Below, in pieces: positions 1 to 10,458 of a stretch of 59,416 nucleotides of DNA. This DNA comes from a virus (Duplodnaviria; Caudoviricetes): positions 1 through 59,416 of IMG/VR virus record IMGVR_UViG_3300025402_000010; one strand, written 5' to 3'. The translations under genes were made by a program, and so were the position numbers. How positions within the stretch are numbered: the stretch's first letter is position 1; every line of letters begins with the position of its first letter. Below the pieces are notes generated by a model, which was not told the DNA's origin, ran no database searches, and saw only the letters and a list, made by a program, of their open reading frames with translations.

Positions 1-854
1 GGGGTCATGTAGACAGTACCCTGAGGCACTTCGATCGAACGCTGAACCTGGAAACCACCGAACTGCACGATGCGCTCACCAGCAACAACACGGTCCTTGA
101 AGGCCCAACCGGTCTGGTTGATGTCCCACTTGTAGAGGTCACGGTAGTCGATGGGGTTGAACAACAGTCTCGAAGCTTCCAACTGGTGGACTTCGATGAG
201 TGCAACGAGGTCGTACAGCGAGTCAGGGGTGATGTAACCCGAGAGCTCGTTAACGATGTGGTTAGGCGATACAACGTGGTTGGGGTCAACCGCGTAGTTG
301 TTGATAGCAGCCTCGAGCACAGTGATCAAACGGGCGTCTTCCTGCATCATGATTGCCTGCTTGGACATGTCCTGGGCGTACTCCACGATGTTCACGCGGA
401 GGTACCACAGGTCTTCCTTCTTAATCTGGGGGAAGGTAGCGATACGGAACAAGCGGACTGGAACCTTCTTACCTTCGAAGGGGGTCACACGGACTTCACC
501 TTCGTTACCGGAAAGAATGTAAGCCTGACCGTACTCGTCCAAGACGTCGTACATGACGGGAACACCAGGAGTGAGTGGGTCTTCCAGCAGGACGTTACGG
601 GTCATACCCTGGTAACGGAGCTTAAGCTGGATAGGACCAATCATACCCTGACCCAAACGGACCATGTAGTTGTCCTTGTCGGCAAGGATGCCAGCGAGGC
701 GACGTTGCTTCTCTTCACGGGTAGCAGTCTTACGACCAGTAGCCGAAGCGAGACGCTCTTGAGCCTCTACAATGCCAGCGACGTAGTCGTCTGACTTCTT
801 GGCTGTACGGGGAGCAAGGTGCTCAGCAACAGCGCCATTAGGAGTAATTGACAT
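1..854 (-). CDS. Major capsid protein, Bxz1/cluster-C-like (3' end outside window)
   Basis: Not in the ORF track because it has no stop in the window. Manual translation: MSITPNGAVAEHLAPRTAKKSDDYVAG...RLGQGMIGPIQLKLRYQGMTRNVLLED...FEGKKVPVRLFRIATFPQIKKEDL...WDINQTGWAFKDRVVAGERIVQFG, which closely resembles the mycobacteriophage Bxz1 MCP as recalled. GAAAGGA RBS upstream; alternative ATG at 860; strong codon bias. Confidence 0.9.
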   Translation of the reverse strand, partial: MSITPNGAVAEHLAPRTAKKSDDYVAGIVEAQERLASATGRKTATREEKQRRLAGILADKDNYMVRLGQGMIGPIQLKLRYQGMTRNVLLEDPLTPGVPVMYDVLDEYGQAYILSGNEGEVRVTPFEGKKVPVRLFRIATFPQIKKEDLWYLRVNIVEYAQDMSKQAIMMQEDARLITVLEAAINNYAVDPNHVVSPNHIVNELSGYITPDSLYDLVALIEVHQLEASRLLFNPIDYRDLYKWDINQTGWAFKDRVVAGERIVQFGGFQVQRSIEVPQGTVYMT

Positions 855-872
855 TTTCATGTTCCTTTCAGA

Positions 873-1403
873 TTAAGCCTGTGCACCGAATGGTACGAGG
901 CGGATAACGATCTGGGTGGGGCTGATCACGTCAATCAACTCAGCGATAGGCTGGAAGCACAGAGTACCGGAAGTGGCACTTGTGTTCTGGTTTGACGTAA
1001 GCTGACCGGTACCAGAAGCGGCGTACAGGAACTGACGAGTACCGTTCGTAGGAACGTTGTACTGCTGAGTCGTGTCAAAAGCAGGAGCCGTGATCGTGAA
1101 GAAGGCGTTAGAACCACCGAGCCACACAGCCCATGCGTTGACGCCAACCTGAGTCACATCGTCAATGTTGGGGTTGCGGTCAAGACACGACAGACCAAAG
1201 ACACGTGCACCAGAAACGGTAGCACCCGAGCCAGCATTGGCAACGGTGTCAGGACCAGTACGGTACATGGCCATACCCGAGTAGATGTTCGTGGTGTCCG
1301 AAGGATCCAGGAACGTGTTATAGGGTGTAGCTTCGTACTTTTCGTACAATGGGGTGCACGTACGGTGAACCCCAACGTTAGCTACGCTATTAAGTTGCAG
1401 CAT
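873..1403 (-). CDS. Putative head decoration/capsid-associated protein
   Basis: 176-aa beta-rich ORF directly upstream of the MCP with the same codon bias; AGGAG RBS. Confidence 0.6.
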   Translation of the reverse strand: MLQLNSVANVGVHRTCTPLYEKYEATPYNTFLDPSDTTNIYSGMAMYRTGPDTVANAGSGATVSGARVFGLSCLDRNPNIDDVTQVGVNAWAVWLGGSNAFFTITAPAFDTTQQYNVPTNGTRQFLYAASGTGQLTSNQNTSATSGTLCFQPIAELIDVISPTQIVIRLVPFGAQA

Positions 1404-1434
1404 ATTTTCTTTCTCCTGTTAGTAGGGGATTTGG

Positions 1435-3048
1435 TTATAGTGTCATCAGCCAATCGTCAGACTGAATGTCCTGACGAGTAACTGTTGAGGCCGTTGTCAA
1501 CCGACCCATTTCTGGCAATGAGTTATTACCCTTTGCCACTTTCTGGCTCCGGGGTTGACGAGCCCCAGACTCTTCAAACAGCTCCATCGAAGCTACAAAA
1601 CCTGCTAGCTTAGATTCGGACATCTGTTCAAACTTTGCGATGTGCTTAGCACGATCGTCGTGATTGACCATACCCATCTTTTCAAGGCGGTCAACAACCT
1701 CAATAGCAGCGAAGATCTTTTCGCGGCTAGCTTGTACAGCAGCAACTGTACCTGCGTAAGGAGCAATGGCAGGGTTGGTACCATCTTGGAAGTCAAGTTG
1801 CTGCTTGTGAGGGCCATTGCCAGGCTCGATGCCCGTCGTTCCACCATCGTTGTAGAATGGCACGTAGGCAGCATCCTCACCATTGACTTCCTGAGGAACC
1901 AACACGTTTGTGGTGTGGTTAGGCTGCATAACCTTTTGACGGTCCCAGACACCAGCCTGGTCGTCAAGGTCACGGACATCAACAACTTGAAGCGTTTCTT
2001 GGTTACCATTGGTAGCGTAGTAGTAAGAAGCTGTTGTTGGAGCTGGCTGACCATTGCAGTCGGGAATCTTGCAACCAGGACCGGTGCAACCACCCATGGC
2101 TTTATTTCTCTTTCTTTCTTCATGGGTTGCACCAAGACCGGCACCAATTGCAGCACCTGGGAAACCACCCAACAAACTACCGGCTGCAGCACCGGCTGCA
2201 GCGTCAACAACAGGAGACCAAGCAACTTTATCGAAAGAAGCCTTCTTCTTCTTTTTCTTCAAGAAGGCAGGCATGTCATCATCGTCATCTTCGTCTTCTT
2301 CGTCTTCTTCGTCTTCGTCCTTAGCAGACTTCTTGCAGTTCTTGCAGCCTTTGCCCTTGCAGACACACTTCTTCTTCTTGGCAGCAGTCTTCTTGTCGTC
2401 CTCGTCGCCATCGTCTTCTTTTTCTTCTTTGTCGTCTTCACCAGTGGCAGCGACCTTGATGTCCTCAAGAAGACCCTCAAGTGACTTAAGATCAGCAGAG
2501 GCTTGACGGTAGTCACCGTAAGTAGCAAGGTCATTCTCAATGTCAACAACAATGCTTGCAACTGTACCGATGACTTGGTTAACGGTGTCATCTGAGCTAG
2601 CAAAACGCATAACAGTTGAAGCTTCGTTAGCAGCAGTGATCAAGTTAGAGAAATCAAAGTCAACTTGCTCGCTAATAGCATTGCGAATGTCACGGCTAGC
2701 CTTGTACACCTGGTACAAGCTTTCATCAATGACTTGTGTGCTGGCGTACATAGGCTGCTTCTCAGCCCAAACTGCGCTCGAGCCAGGACCACCCATAATC
2801 TCTCCTTCAAGATTATCCAAGTTTCTAACGTCAACAACGTTAGGGCTAGTAGGCTGCAAAGCACCCCATGAACCAACCTCGTCTACTGGAGCAGCAGGAG
2901 CTTGGAACTGTCCAGGTGCTGGATCAGTGCCAACCAAACCAGTTTGGTCATACTCTTTTTGTCTTGGTGTGGTGGTCTTACCTTCACCCACACTATTCTG
3001 ATAAGCATTGTTCGCTTGTCTGACCAGTTCGTTGTCGAAACGGCTCAT
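1435..3048 (-). CDS. Putative capsid scaffold/assembly protein
   Basis: Lies between protease and MCP; acidic and Lys-rich low-complexity tracts, repeated VVDVRxLD motif, helical C-terminus, many [KR]xA motifs. Confidence 0.6.
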   Translation of the reverse strand: MSRFDNELVRQANNAYQNSVGEGKTTTPRQKEYDQTGLVGTDPAPGQFQAPAAPVDEVGSWGALQPTSPNVVDVRNLDNLEGEIMGGPGSSAVWAEKQPMYASTQVIDESLYQVYKASRDIRNAISEQVDFDFSNLITAANEASTVMRFASSDDTVNQVIGTVASIVVDIENDLATYGDYRQASADLKSLEGLLEDIKVAATGEDDKEEKEDDGDEDDKKTAAKKKKCVCKGKGCKNCKKSAKDEDEEDEEDEDDDDDMPAFLKKKKKKASFDKVAWSPVVDAAAGAAAGSLLGGFPGAAIGAGLGATHEERKRNKAMGGCTGPGCKIPDCNGQPAPTTASYYYATNGNQETLQVVDVRDLDDQAGVWDRQKVMQPNHTTNVLVPQEVNGEDAAYVPFYNDGGTTGIEPGNGPHKQQLDFQDGTNPAIAPYAGTVAAVQASREKIFAAIEVVDRLEKMGMVNHDDRAKHIAKFEQMSESKLAGFVASMELFEESGARQPRSQKVAKGNNSLPEMGRLTTASTVTRQDIQSDDWLMTL

Positions 3049-3743
3049 TGTTGCTCCTCGCTATTTTCTGCGTCTTGGGGTTGTGCTTGAAGAGCTGCGT
3101 CTTGTAGTTGCATGCTTCTCATACGAGTAGTTGCATCCATTGAAGCTGCTGCTGCATCGTTTAGAATTGCACCAGGATCATTTTGTTCCTTAGCACTATT
3201 CTTTTTTAATTTAGTTTTTGTATTCTGAATTGCTAATTCCGCTGGGCTTGGAAAGTTGCGACCTCTGTCAACTTTTTTTCTCCACCTAGGATCTATACCC
3301 AGGAACTTGGGTCTTTTAAATCCTGTTGCACCAGCAATTTCTTTCATACATTTAGGATTTGTGCATTGCCCTGAAATTTCACCTTTTTTCAAAGAATCAT
3401 TTTCAAAAGTAATTTCACCACATTCTGGACATTTAACCTTTGTTGCAGCCGAAGACGGGAACATATCAGTAAATGCCAAACTTCTATAAGCAGCTTTTGA
3501 CATTTCATTTTGCTCTGCAAGGCTTTGTTGCTGTTGCTTCATAACCTGCTCAATGCCCATAGCTTTTTGCCATTCAGCAATTGCTTCTTGGACACGAGGA
3601 TCAATGAAAGCACAGTCTGGACAGATACCGTCTCTGTAACCGTTGCTCTGGCACTGAGGGCAGTCACCGAGAACAGTAATTGGTACCTTAATTACTTCCA
3701 ATGCATACTTCTTAATTTCTTCAGATACTTTAAGAATAGGCAT
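3045..3743 (-). CDS. Zinc-ribbon protein in head module
   Basis: CPQC/CPDC and CPEC/CTNPKC pairs; likely start MPILK at 3743, just after the protease stop. Confidence 0.6.
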   Translation of the reverse strand: MPILKVSEEIKKYALEVIKVPITVLGDCPQCQSNGYRDGICPDCAFIDPRVQEAIAEWQKAMGIEQVMKQQQQSLAEQNEMSKAAYRSLAFTDMFPSSAATKVKCPECGEITFENDSLKKGEISGQCTNPKCMKEIAGATGFKRPKFLGIDPRWRKKVDRGRNFPSPAELAIQNTKTKLKKNSAKEQNDPGAILNDAAAASMDATTRMRSMQLQDAALQAQPQDAENSEEQQ

Positions 3744-3745
3744 TG

Positions 3746-4405
3746 TTAGTAACGCTTCTTTTGTAGCAACCAAGCTGATTCGTCTGCTGGCTCAAAAACA
3801 AAGCTCAACTCAAAAAAGTTTGGTTTAATGCAGCTCTCGTAAACAAGACTTTCAATTCTCTTTCCAGCTTTGTATACGGTAACCGTACGTCCTTTAAGAC
3901 GAGGGATGTGGGTGCAGTATTCAGCTGGTTTGCTAGCGTACTTACCGCAAGCTGAGCACTGCGTACCTTCTACGTCAGCACCCATACTGACAGCGTTCAA
4001 GCTACCCTCCATAATGGCATTGGCAAGCTTTGGGAAATTCTGTGCGTCTACTTCCATAAGGCAGTAAACACTGGCGTCTGTAGCACCTGAGGCAAGCTTG
4101 CTCTCACGGTATACAGCATCCAAAATTACACCTCGAGCACGATCTGGATCAGAGTTGTTGTGCTCTACGTAGATTGGGCGACCTATAAAAGTCTTATAAC
4201 TTTTCTTAATTTGGTCTACAGGCCAACCATCGTAATTAGCGTTTACTCTGGAAGAGATGGCTCTAGAAACAGCATAAACAAAATTAGGTTCTGGTTTAAA
4301 ATTGAAGTCATCAAGGGTAACATTGTGTAACTCAATAGGCTGACCAATACCGGCCAGCGTCTCTCTACCCTGTAGAGCAATTGAGGGTGCACCAAATTTA
4401 ATCAT
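3746..4405 (-). CDS. Prohead (capsid maturation) serine protease
   Basis: Motifs NANYDGW, TFIGRPIYVEHN (His), VSMG (Ser), FFELSFVFEPAD, with a CxxC insertion; position between portal and MCP. Confidence 0.8.
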   Translation of the reverse strand: MIKFGAPSIALQGRETLAGIGQPIELHNVTLDDFNFKPEPNFVYAVSRAISSRVNANYDGWPVDQIKKSYKTFIGRPIYVEHNNSDPDRARGVILDAVYRESKLASGATDASVYCLMEVDAQNFPKLANAIMEGSLNAVSMGADVEGTQCSACGKYASKPAEYCTHIPRLKGRTVTVYKAGKRIESLVYESCIKPNFFELSFVFEPADESAWLLQKKRY

Positions 4406-4468
4406 CTGTAACCTTTTTTGCCTTAATAAGACTTTTACATCGTCTTTATAATAAATCTATGTTAAATA

Positions 4469-4864
4469 TTAATGGTGTAGATTGATTTCATCTTCTAATG
4501 CATCTACAAGATTGTGTACTTCTTTGCTTTGTTCTTTTTCAATCTCAAGGATTTGATTAATTTTTATAAGCAATTCTTCAATTGTTTCAAGGCTTTTGCG
4601 CAAAACTTTTGCATCTGCACGAGTTTGCTCGAACATACTTATACCAACAACAGATTCAATAAACAAAGCCATATAAGAGGCCCATACATTCCACCAGCTG
4701 ATCACACCAATATCAAACGTTCCCCATACAGCACAGAACAATGTAATAAAAGTAATAGTGCCAATAAAATACCAATTACGAATAGAGAACTGAATTTTCC
4801 AAGAAATATGTTTGCCAAGGCCTATATCATCGCCCGTAATAGGGTGCCTGAATGTCCTTGCCAT
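4469..4864 (-). CDS. Two-TM membrane protein with coiled-coil tail (DUF1003/holin-like)
   Basis: Two hydrophobic segments (WYFIGTITFITLFCAVW; VWASYMALFIESVVGI) followed by a heptad-rich tail. Confidence 0.55.
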   Translation of the reverse strand: MARTFRHPITGDDIGLGKHISWKIQFSIRNWYFIGTITFITLFCAVWGTFDIGVISWWNVWASYMALFIESVVGISMFEQTRADAKVLRKSLETIEELLIKINQILEIEKEQSKEVHNLVDALEDEINLHH

Positions 4865-4865
4865 G

Positions 4866-5243
4866 TTAGTCCTCGTCTTCGTGTGCTGCTCTTAATCCCT
4901 CGTGGTAGCCCAAGTGACGATCCATCATTTGGCCAATCTTGTCTACTTGCTTTTCAATCTGCATAAGGTGATCAACTTTATTTTCTAAACGATTCCACTG
5001 GTCTTTAGGGCTTGATCCACCATTGGTTTTATACTGACTAAGAATTCTGTCAAACTTCTGATCCATATCTAACTTTGTATTCACTAACTCTTCTTCAATG
5101 CGTTGCAATTCTTTTGAGCTGTGGTGTGTAAAATACTTTTGAACCAATTTAGCTACAGCTGCAAGAGCACCTACAGTAAAAAATGCGTTGGCAATATAGC
5201 CAAACCATACGTTTGATGTGTTAAAAAAAGAGGAGGCAAGCAT
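4866..5243 (-). CDS. Holin-like membrane protein
   Basis: One N-terminal TM, then a coiled coil containing the NGGSS.KD motif typical of actinophage lysis-associated membrane proteins. Confidence 0.55.
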   Translation of the reverse strand: MLASSFFNTSNVWFGYIANAFFTVGALAAVAKLVQKYFTHHSSKELQRIEEELVNTKLDMDQKFDRILSQYKTNGGSSPKDQWNRLENKVDHLMQIEKQVDKIGQMMDRHLGYHEGLRAAHEDED

Positions 5244-5431
5244 TAGTCCTCCAATTTTTCGTAGATACTGTTAGCAAGGTTCAGTTTGTGAGCGTTGCGA
5301 CAGATCCGACCTTCACCTTCTTTAATGATATCCATCTTGACAAGGGGGCTAACTACGTCAAGAAAACTAACCCGGTTAAAGGCAGTTTTTGGCAGCATGC
5401 GAGGCGTCTCGTTATTAAACAGAGTGCTCAT
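5243..5431 (-). CDS. Small hypothetical protein
   Basis: GGAG RBS; TAATG coupling to the next gene. Confidence 0.55.
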   Translation of the reverse strand: MSTLFNNETPRMLPKTAFNRVSFLDVVSPLVKMDIIKEGEGRICRNAHKLNLANSIYEKLED

Positions 5432-5483
5432 GAAAACTCCAAGGAAATTAGTGCGTCTATTAATTAGTGCATTTAATGGTTAT

Positions 5484-7817
5484 TTATAAATCTTCTTTTG
5501 TAGGATCAATTTGTCTACGAGCTGGTTGATCCATGCCACCTTCACCACTGCTGTGTTCGTCAAGGTTGGTTGGTTCTTGAATCATTGGCTCTTCAAGCAT
5601 TGATGCAAGGTGTTTCTTAAATTCATCTTCATTGAATTTTTCGTATGAATTATCAACAATGATCTTCATACCAGAGGCAAGCTTCATGCGCTTACGCTTT
5701 CTCTGCTCAAATGGTACGGCAAACTTCATGCGGTCACCGTATTCAACGCGGCCACTAAAGTCATCAAAGTCGTCCTCATCCCAGCCAGAAACAGATGCTG
5801 TCTTCTTCTTAGGTCCATTCTTAGGACCTTTCTTAGAAGGCTTAGGTTGATCCTTACGCTGTTCGTAGGAGACTTCAGGGCGTTGACGTTGTTGCTGTGC
5901 AGCCATTTCGTTAACGCTTGGGTAAACCTGTGCACCAGCAGCGGCATCGCTATTGCCAGCAGTGTTTCCAGTCATGTTTGGAGCACTTGGAGGAGTAACG
6001 AGACCCGCCATAGCTCCTGGTGCAAGTTGTGCAGCGATGGCAGGATTTTCCATCATTGCTAGGTAGGCCTGGTATTCCTGTACATATTCTGGCGGGATAG
6101 GCAATTGAAGAACCATTAAACGATTGAACAATTCTTTCTTGAACTGTTGTTCAGCAACAACCGTCTTAATTTTTTCTTCTTTACGGGCATGGATCTCATC
6201 ATCAAAGTCAATTGGGATATTAACTGCAAGAGTACTGAGAGAAATTGGAAAGCCAGAAGCACTAAGCTGTTGCAAAAACCCACGCTCAACTGTTTCATCT
6301 CGCAAGTTCATTGAGCGGAAACGGACCTCAGGAATGGCCAGCTTGGGTCGTTCTTCAACATATTCAGCGCCAGTTTCTTCATCAACCATAAGAACAGTTT
6401 CCATAACAGGAACCATTTGGCCGCCCACTTTACGCATCTCATAGTGACCTTGTCTTTCTGCCACTGGTTCCATGCGAGAACGAATAAACTTCTCAATCTT
6501 GTGCTGGTAAGTACTGAGCATTTGTGTAATGAGCTCACGGTTCAAAGCACCTGAAGCATACGTACCATTAGCACCACCTTGGATAAGGTCAGCACCGATA
6601 CCAAAAACACCCATGACGTTTGTCTGCACGCGCATGAAGTCTTGGTCAAGACGTGGCATTGACTCACGGCCAAACGCGTTCTGGATCTGCAAACCGTGGT
6701 GATACGTCATCAAACGGAAGTCTGAGTTGATAGCCATAGACAAGTCATCACGCAATGACTGGAGCTCCATAGCGTCAGGAACCCATGGACCGTCTTGGTC
6801 TACATCAGGAAGACCAAGAGTAGCCAGAATAAGAGGACTGTAGAGACGGTCAGCAATAGCATCCTGGGCTGCATTGAGTGACTCTTCCAACATAAGCATA
6901 CGGAAAGCACGTAGAAGAATAGGAGTACCATGTTCGCTCCAAGGGTTAGTCTTAAACTTGATTTGCTTCATGATGACATCGGAGACGGGGATCTCCTTGT
7001 CCTGTCGTGCCCACGCCACAACGTCTGGGTACATTTGCATAAGCATGGCATATTCTTGTGGAGGGTCACGACGTTCAATAAGTCGCTTGATCTCTTCAGG
7101 AACCTTTACGTGGAACTGGTATGTTCTTAGAGCGCGATTCTTAGCAACAATAACGTCGTTAGGGTTGATGATCTCGTCTTCTTCCCATGCACCAATACCA
7201 TCGTGCCAAGAACCCATGGCAAACACTTCACCAACAGTCCAGTGCTCACGGCCAAGGTCAAACAAGAATTCGTTGTAGTTAAGACCATCAAAGAACAACT
7301 CATTATAAAAATCCGAGATACGCTTGTCTGGGTGAACCAGCTCTACGTCAAGGAGAGGGAAACGAGTGTAGATGTCAATAAGAGAAGGCACAAGGTGGTG
7401 AGTAGTATAAAGAAGACGAGCCCAGTCACGAATTTTGCGTGTTTGCTCATCTGGGTCCTCCATGTTGAACCACCAGGTGCGCTCACGCCAGTATTCAAAT
7501 GGGTCGTGGAGCTTAGGCCAAGCCCATTGAGCATCTGAACCAGTAGCTGCACCGGTTTTACGGTTGGCAGTACGTGCCATACCATTCTCAGCTATAAAGT
7601 CTTTACCAAGACCATTTAGACGCTGTCTGCCCTCTGGTGGTCCACCCATTGCCATAGCCATAGGACCAATTTCATTAAGCATCGATCCACTAGTCTTAGC
7701 TCTATTGAGCATGTCACGTGCAGCGACACGTCCAGCAATAGGGTTCTTAGGGAGAGTAATACCGGCTGTTCTCATGCGGTTAAACTCCGCAGAAGCACTC
7801 CAGTCGTTTGTAGCCAT
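5484..7817 (-). CDS. Portal protein
   Basis: 777 aa upstream of protease and MCP; motifs LIDIYTRFPL, GREHWTVGEVF, WSEHGTPILLRAFR, AQDAIADRLYSPLILATLG as in Bxz1-like portals. Confidence 0.8.
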   Translation of the reverse strand: MATNDWSASAEFNRMRTAGITLPKNPIAGRVAARDMLNRAKTSGSMLNEIGPMAMAMGGPPEGRQRLNGLGKDFIAENGMARTANRKTGAATGSDAQWAWPKLHDPFEYWRERTWWFNMEDPDEQTRKIRDWARLLYTTHHLVPSLIDIYTRFPLLDVELVHPDKRISDFYNELFFDGLNYNEFLFDLGREHWTVGEVFAMGSWHDGIGAWEEDEIINPNDVIVAKNRALRTYQFHVKVPEEIKRLIERRDPPQEYAMLMQMYPDVVAWARQDKEIPVSDVIMKQIKFKTNPWSEHGTPILLRAFRMLMLEESLNAAQDAIADRLYSPLILATLGLPDVDQDGPWVPDAMELQSLRDDLSMAINSDFRLMTYHHGLQIQNAFGRESMPRLDQDFMRVQTNVMGVFGIGADLIQGGANGTYASGALNRELITQMLSTYQHKIEKFIRSRMEPVAERQGHYEMRKVGGQMVPVMETVLMVDEETGAEYVEERPKLAIPEVRFRSMNLRDETVERGFLQQLSASGFPISLSTLAVNIPIDFDDEIHARKEEKIKTVVAEQQFKKELFNRLMVLQLPIPPEYVQEYQAYLAMMENPAIAAQLAPGAMAGLVTPPSAPNMTGNTAGNSDAAAGAQVYPSVNEMAAQQQRQRPEVSYEQRKDQPKPSKKGPKNGPKKKTASVSGWDEDDFDDFSGRVEYGDRMKFAVPFEQRKRKRMKLASGMKIIVDNSYEKFNEDEFKKHLASMLEEPMIQEPTNLDEHSSGEGGMDQPARRQIDPTKEDL

Positions 7818-7828
7818 TGGTTATCTTT

Positions 7829-8014
7829 CTAGAATGCCATGCAGCTGCAGGATTCAACGCCTGGGATTGCTTGGTGGCCGCAAGGGTAATTTGCACTTCT
7901 TGTAGCTCTAATAATACCACCAGATGTATTTTGTGCAATAGGATTGCCATTAAAATCAAAATTAGCGCCAACACGTCTAATAGCTGCTTGTCTAATGTTT
8001 TGTTGTCTTTCCAT
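7829..8014 (-). CDS. Small Cys-containing hypothetical protein
   Basis: AAGGAG RBS; co-oriented in the operon. Confidence 0.6.
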   Translation of the reverse strand: MERQQNIRQAAIRRVGANFDFNGNPIAQNTSGGIIRATRSANYPCGHQAIPGVESCSCMAF

Positions 8015-8023
8015 GGTTTCTCC

Positions 8024-8788
8024 TTAGCCGAAGTAGTTGTGGTTATTGTCTACACTTGAGTAAGGAACGTTTCTTTCACTGTAAACGGTAACTGTCCCGC
8101 CAGAGATTGTGAGGGAGTCAACATCATTGAGGTTTTGTTGACCAATACTGCCGTTAACCCAAGTGGCTTCCTGACCAATCTGCTGTGCGCTAAGGTCAAG
8201 GAACATACCAGGAAGAGTCCAGTCAATAATGCCACTAGCTGTAGCACCGGAAGCAGCAACTCTGTAAACGTTGTAGAAAATGCCACTTGCCACAGGGACC
8301 TTAAGGAGCACCGGTACGCTAGCAGCGGTAACAGAACCAGTTACAATTGTAGTCCAGTTTGTGGAATTGTATAAAGTAGCGTTTGAAGTGTAGTAGGCAT
8401 TTGGAGTAAAACGGTCAAATGTTCCCTGAATAGCCACTGCGGCTGTACCGGTCCAACCAGTCTCTGCGCTAAGCACAGCAGTAAGGGATTGAACATCCTG
8501 CAAAGAAACATTGTTGTCAGGAGCACAGATAAAGCTAACGTCAACGGCACCGTTACCATTGACGTTCAGGTTAAGACCAGGATTTAATGAACCGGGTTGT
8601 GCGTAGCCGATGTTGCCGCTAGTAGTCATGTAACCTACACCACTAGTAGTATTAATTTGCTGGCCATAAGCCACAGCAGGAGAGTATACCGAACCAGGAG
8701 TACCGTCTCCACCATAATTGGTAACGAATTGACCCAATGGCCATGTCTTCTTTGTTTGCTTTGGGCCTTTACCTTCTGCGATGTTCAT
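8024..8788 (-). CDS. Putative virion structural protein (beta-rich)
   Basis: Gly/Thr/Ser/Asn-rich composition, AGGAGAG RBS, strong codon bias. Confidence 0.55.
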   Translation of the reverse strand: MNIAEGKGPKQTKKTWPLGQFVTNYGGDGTPGSVYSPAVAYGQQINTTSGVGYMTTSGNIGYAQPGSLNPGLNLNVNGNGAVDVSFICAPDNNVSLQDVQSLTAVLSAETGWTGTAAVAIQGTFDRFTPNAYYTSNATLYNSTNWTTIVTGSVTAASVPVLLKVPVASGIFYNVYRVAASGATASGIIDWTLPGMFLDLSAQQIGQEATWVNGSIGQQNLNDVDSLTISGGTVTVYSERNVPYSSVDNNHNYFG

Positions 8789-8796
8789 GCTCTCTC

Positions 8797-9414
8797 CTAG
8801 AGGCTCATATAATCTATGCCTAGATCCGGCGTATTAGATTCTTGTAAAAATCTCATGGCGTTTGCGCTGATATCACTATCAGCTACTCCGCCCATTGCCG
8901 GTAAATCTGTTGTTGGTACTGATTGGACTGTCTGTGGTCTTGGCGCTGGCTGAGCTTGTACAGGAGCAGGTGCCGGAGCAACCCTTACAGTCAGTGCCTT
9001 TTCTACCTTGCCTTCAAGAGTCTTAAAGGATGTGGTAACTTGGTTTAGTGCGCTACTTATTGCACGTTCAACCTGTTGCCCAATTGGCTCTTCAGCTTTC
9101 TTTGGCTCAGGTCTAACAAAATATTTTTTGAGAACATCATCACAAAGGTCCCAAGTCAACTTATTGATTTCAGGTCCAGTGAGGCGTTGAATTCTCTTGG
9201 GTTTTTCATCCCATGCATAGTGGTAAACATTACCGTCGTAATCAGTTAGAGTTCCAAAAGAAACACCATCTGCTGATACTTGGAATGTTAAGAACTCTAT
9301 ATTTGCCACCGTTTTATTTTGTGGAAGTGGAGTTTCTTCAACAACGGGGGCTTCAACCTCAAGGACCTCTTCTACAGGAGTAGAAACGATCTTAGTTTTT
9401 CTAGATCTAAACAT
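8797..9414 (-). CDS. Hypothetical protein
   Basis: 205-aa ORF in operon; Pro/Ala-rich linker. Confidence 0.65.
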   Translation of the reverse strand: MFRSRKTKIVSTPVEEVLEVEAPVVEETPLPQNKTVANIEFLTFQVSADGVSFGTLTDYDGNVYHYAWDEKPKRIQRLTGPEINKLTWDLCDDVLKKYFVRPEPKKAEEPIGQQVERAISSALNQVTTSFKTLEGKVEKALTVRVAPAPAPVQAQPAPRPQTVQSVPTTDLPAMGGVADSDISANAMRFLQESNTPDLGIDYMSL

Positions 9415-9417
9415 GGT

Positions 9418-9984
9418 TTATTGAGCAATCACCAATTCGTAGTCGCCCTTGCGCTCAACGGAGGCAGTCTTATCATCCCAAACGACAGCAAATTCACTGT
9501 CGCCAACGGCAATAACTGTACCGGCAATCTTGGTATTAGGCGTTTCAGCAACGACACGGGAGTTAACAATCGTGCCAGTGTTGATGTTTGCAACGATACC
9601 CATCGTAAAACCATCGTAAGCCTGATCACGTCTAAAACCTTGTGACTGTGAAGCAAACTTAGAAGCTTTAACAGGTGCGAGTTGAAGGTCACGAGTGCCA
9701 GCAACTTCTGGTTCCATAACCATCAAAGCACGGTCTTGTGCAGGGTTTGACATGACATTGTTCTGCATACCAATTGCATTGTCGCGGTCAATCTGTGCAG
9801 CCTCACCAGACTTGTACTCATCATAAGCTTGCTGGTTGCGCTGGTAGTCACTCTTGTTATTAACAAAGTCGCCAAGCCACTGCTGGCTAGGGTCTTGAAA
9901 ATTGACATCTGGGCCTTGACCCATTTCGTCAGCAGCTGTTTTAGTAAAAAGATCAGCTACGTTTACGTTTAAACGTGGTTCCAT
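9418..9984 (-). CDS. Hypothetical head-module protein with C-terminal SH3-like barrel
   Basis: GGAG RBS before ATG 9984; KTAA and KFAS motifs; C-terminal GTVIAVGDSEFAVVWDD. Confidence 0.6.
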   Translation of the reverse strand: MEPRLNVNVADLFTKTAADEMGQGPDVNFQDPSQQWLGDFVNNKSDYQRNQQAYDEYKSGEAAQIDRDNAIGMQNNVMSNPAQDRALMVMEPEVAGTRDLQLAPVKASKFASQSQGFRRDQAYDGFTMGIVANINTGTIVNSRVVAETPNTKIAGTVIAVGDSEFAVVWDDKTASVERKGDYELVIAQ

Positions 9985-10043
9985 TGATTTCTCCTGTACT
10001 TGGATACATACACTATGGTACATATCGACTTTAATTACATTGT

Positions 10044-10457
10044 CTATTTGCTAGGTGGTTGTGAAGCACCAGTGTTTGGGTCAGAATATTCTTCTTCAGC
10101 ATTTGCATTTGTCATTGGCTTTACTTTTGGTTTTTTTGCTGTTTCAGTGACATTATCCATGTCTGTGTGAGCAACATAACGCATTTTTGAAGCAAATTCC
10201 CAAATATTTTCTTTTTTGGAAGACGTTCTATTATTAGCGTTTAGATCTTGTAGAGAAAAGTCATGATTATCTTGCTTAAGACCACCTGAATTCATTAAGC
10301 AGTATGCGTGTGAAAACAAAGGACGTTTCCCGTCAACAGCTACACCATCTGATAAGACTCTACCCAAACCTTGTGCACCAGCTGGCATATCACAAAAACG
10401 GCATGGAACACCAGGGGGAGCATCCTTTGGATCTACATAGCTTCTTTTAATTGTCAT
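10044..10457 (-). CDS. Small zinc-finger protein
   Basis: GGAG RBS before ATG 10457; CRFC...HAYC. Confidence 0.55.
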   Translation of the reverse strand: MTIKRSYVDPKDAPPGVPCRFCDMPAGAQGLGRVLSDGVAVDGKRPLFSHAYCLMNSGGLKQDNHDFSLQDLNANNRTSSKKENIWEFASKMRYVAHTDMDNVTETAKKPKVKPMTNANAEEEYSDPNTGASQPPSK

Positions 10458-10458
10458 A

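Noticed and set aside
186-794. 202-aa plus-strand ORF and other long antisense ORFs (1642-2484, 2054-2506, 25903-26412)
   Set aside because: They are shadows of strongly codon-biased minus-strand genes (MCP, scaffold), with no RBS or recognisable motifs.
2240-2430. TCTTCG/TCT microsatellite-like tract
   Set aside because: It simply encodes the Asp/Glu/Lys low-complexity region of the scaffold.
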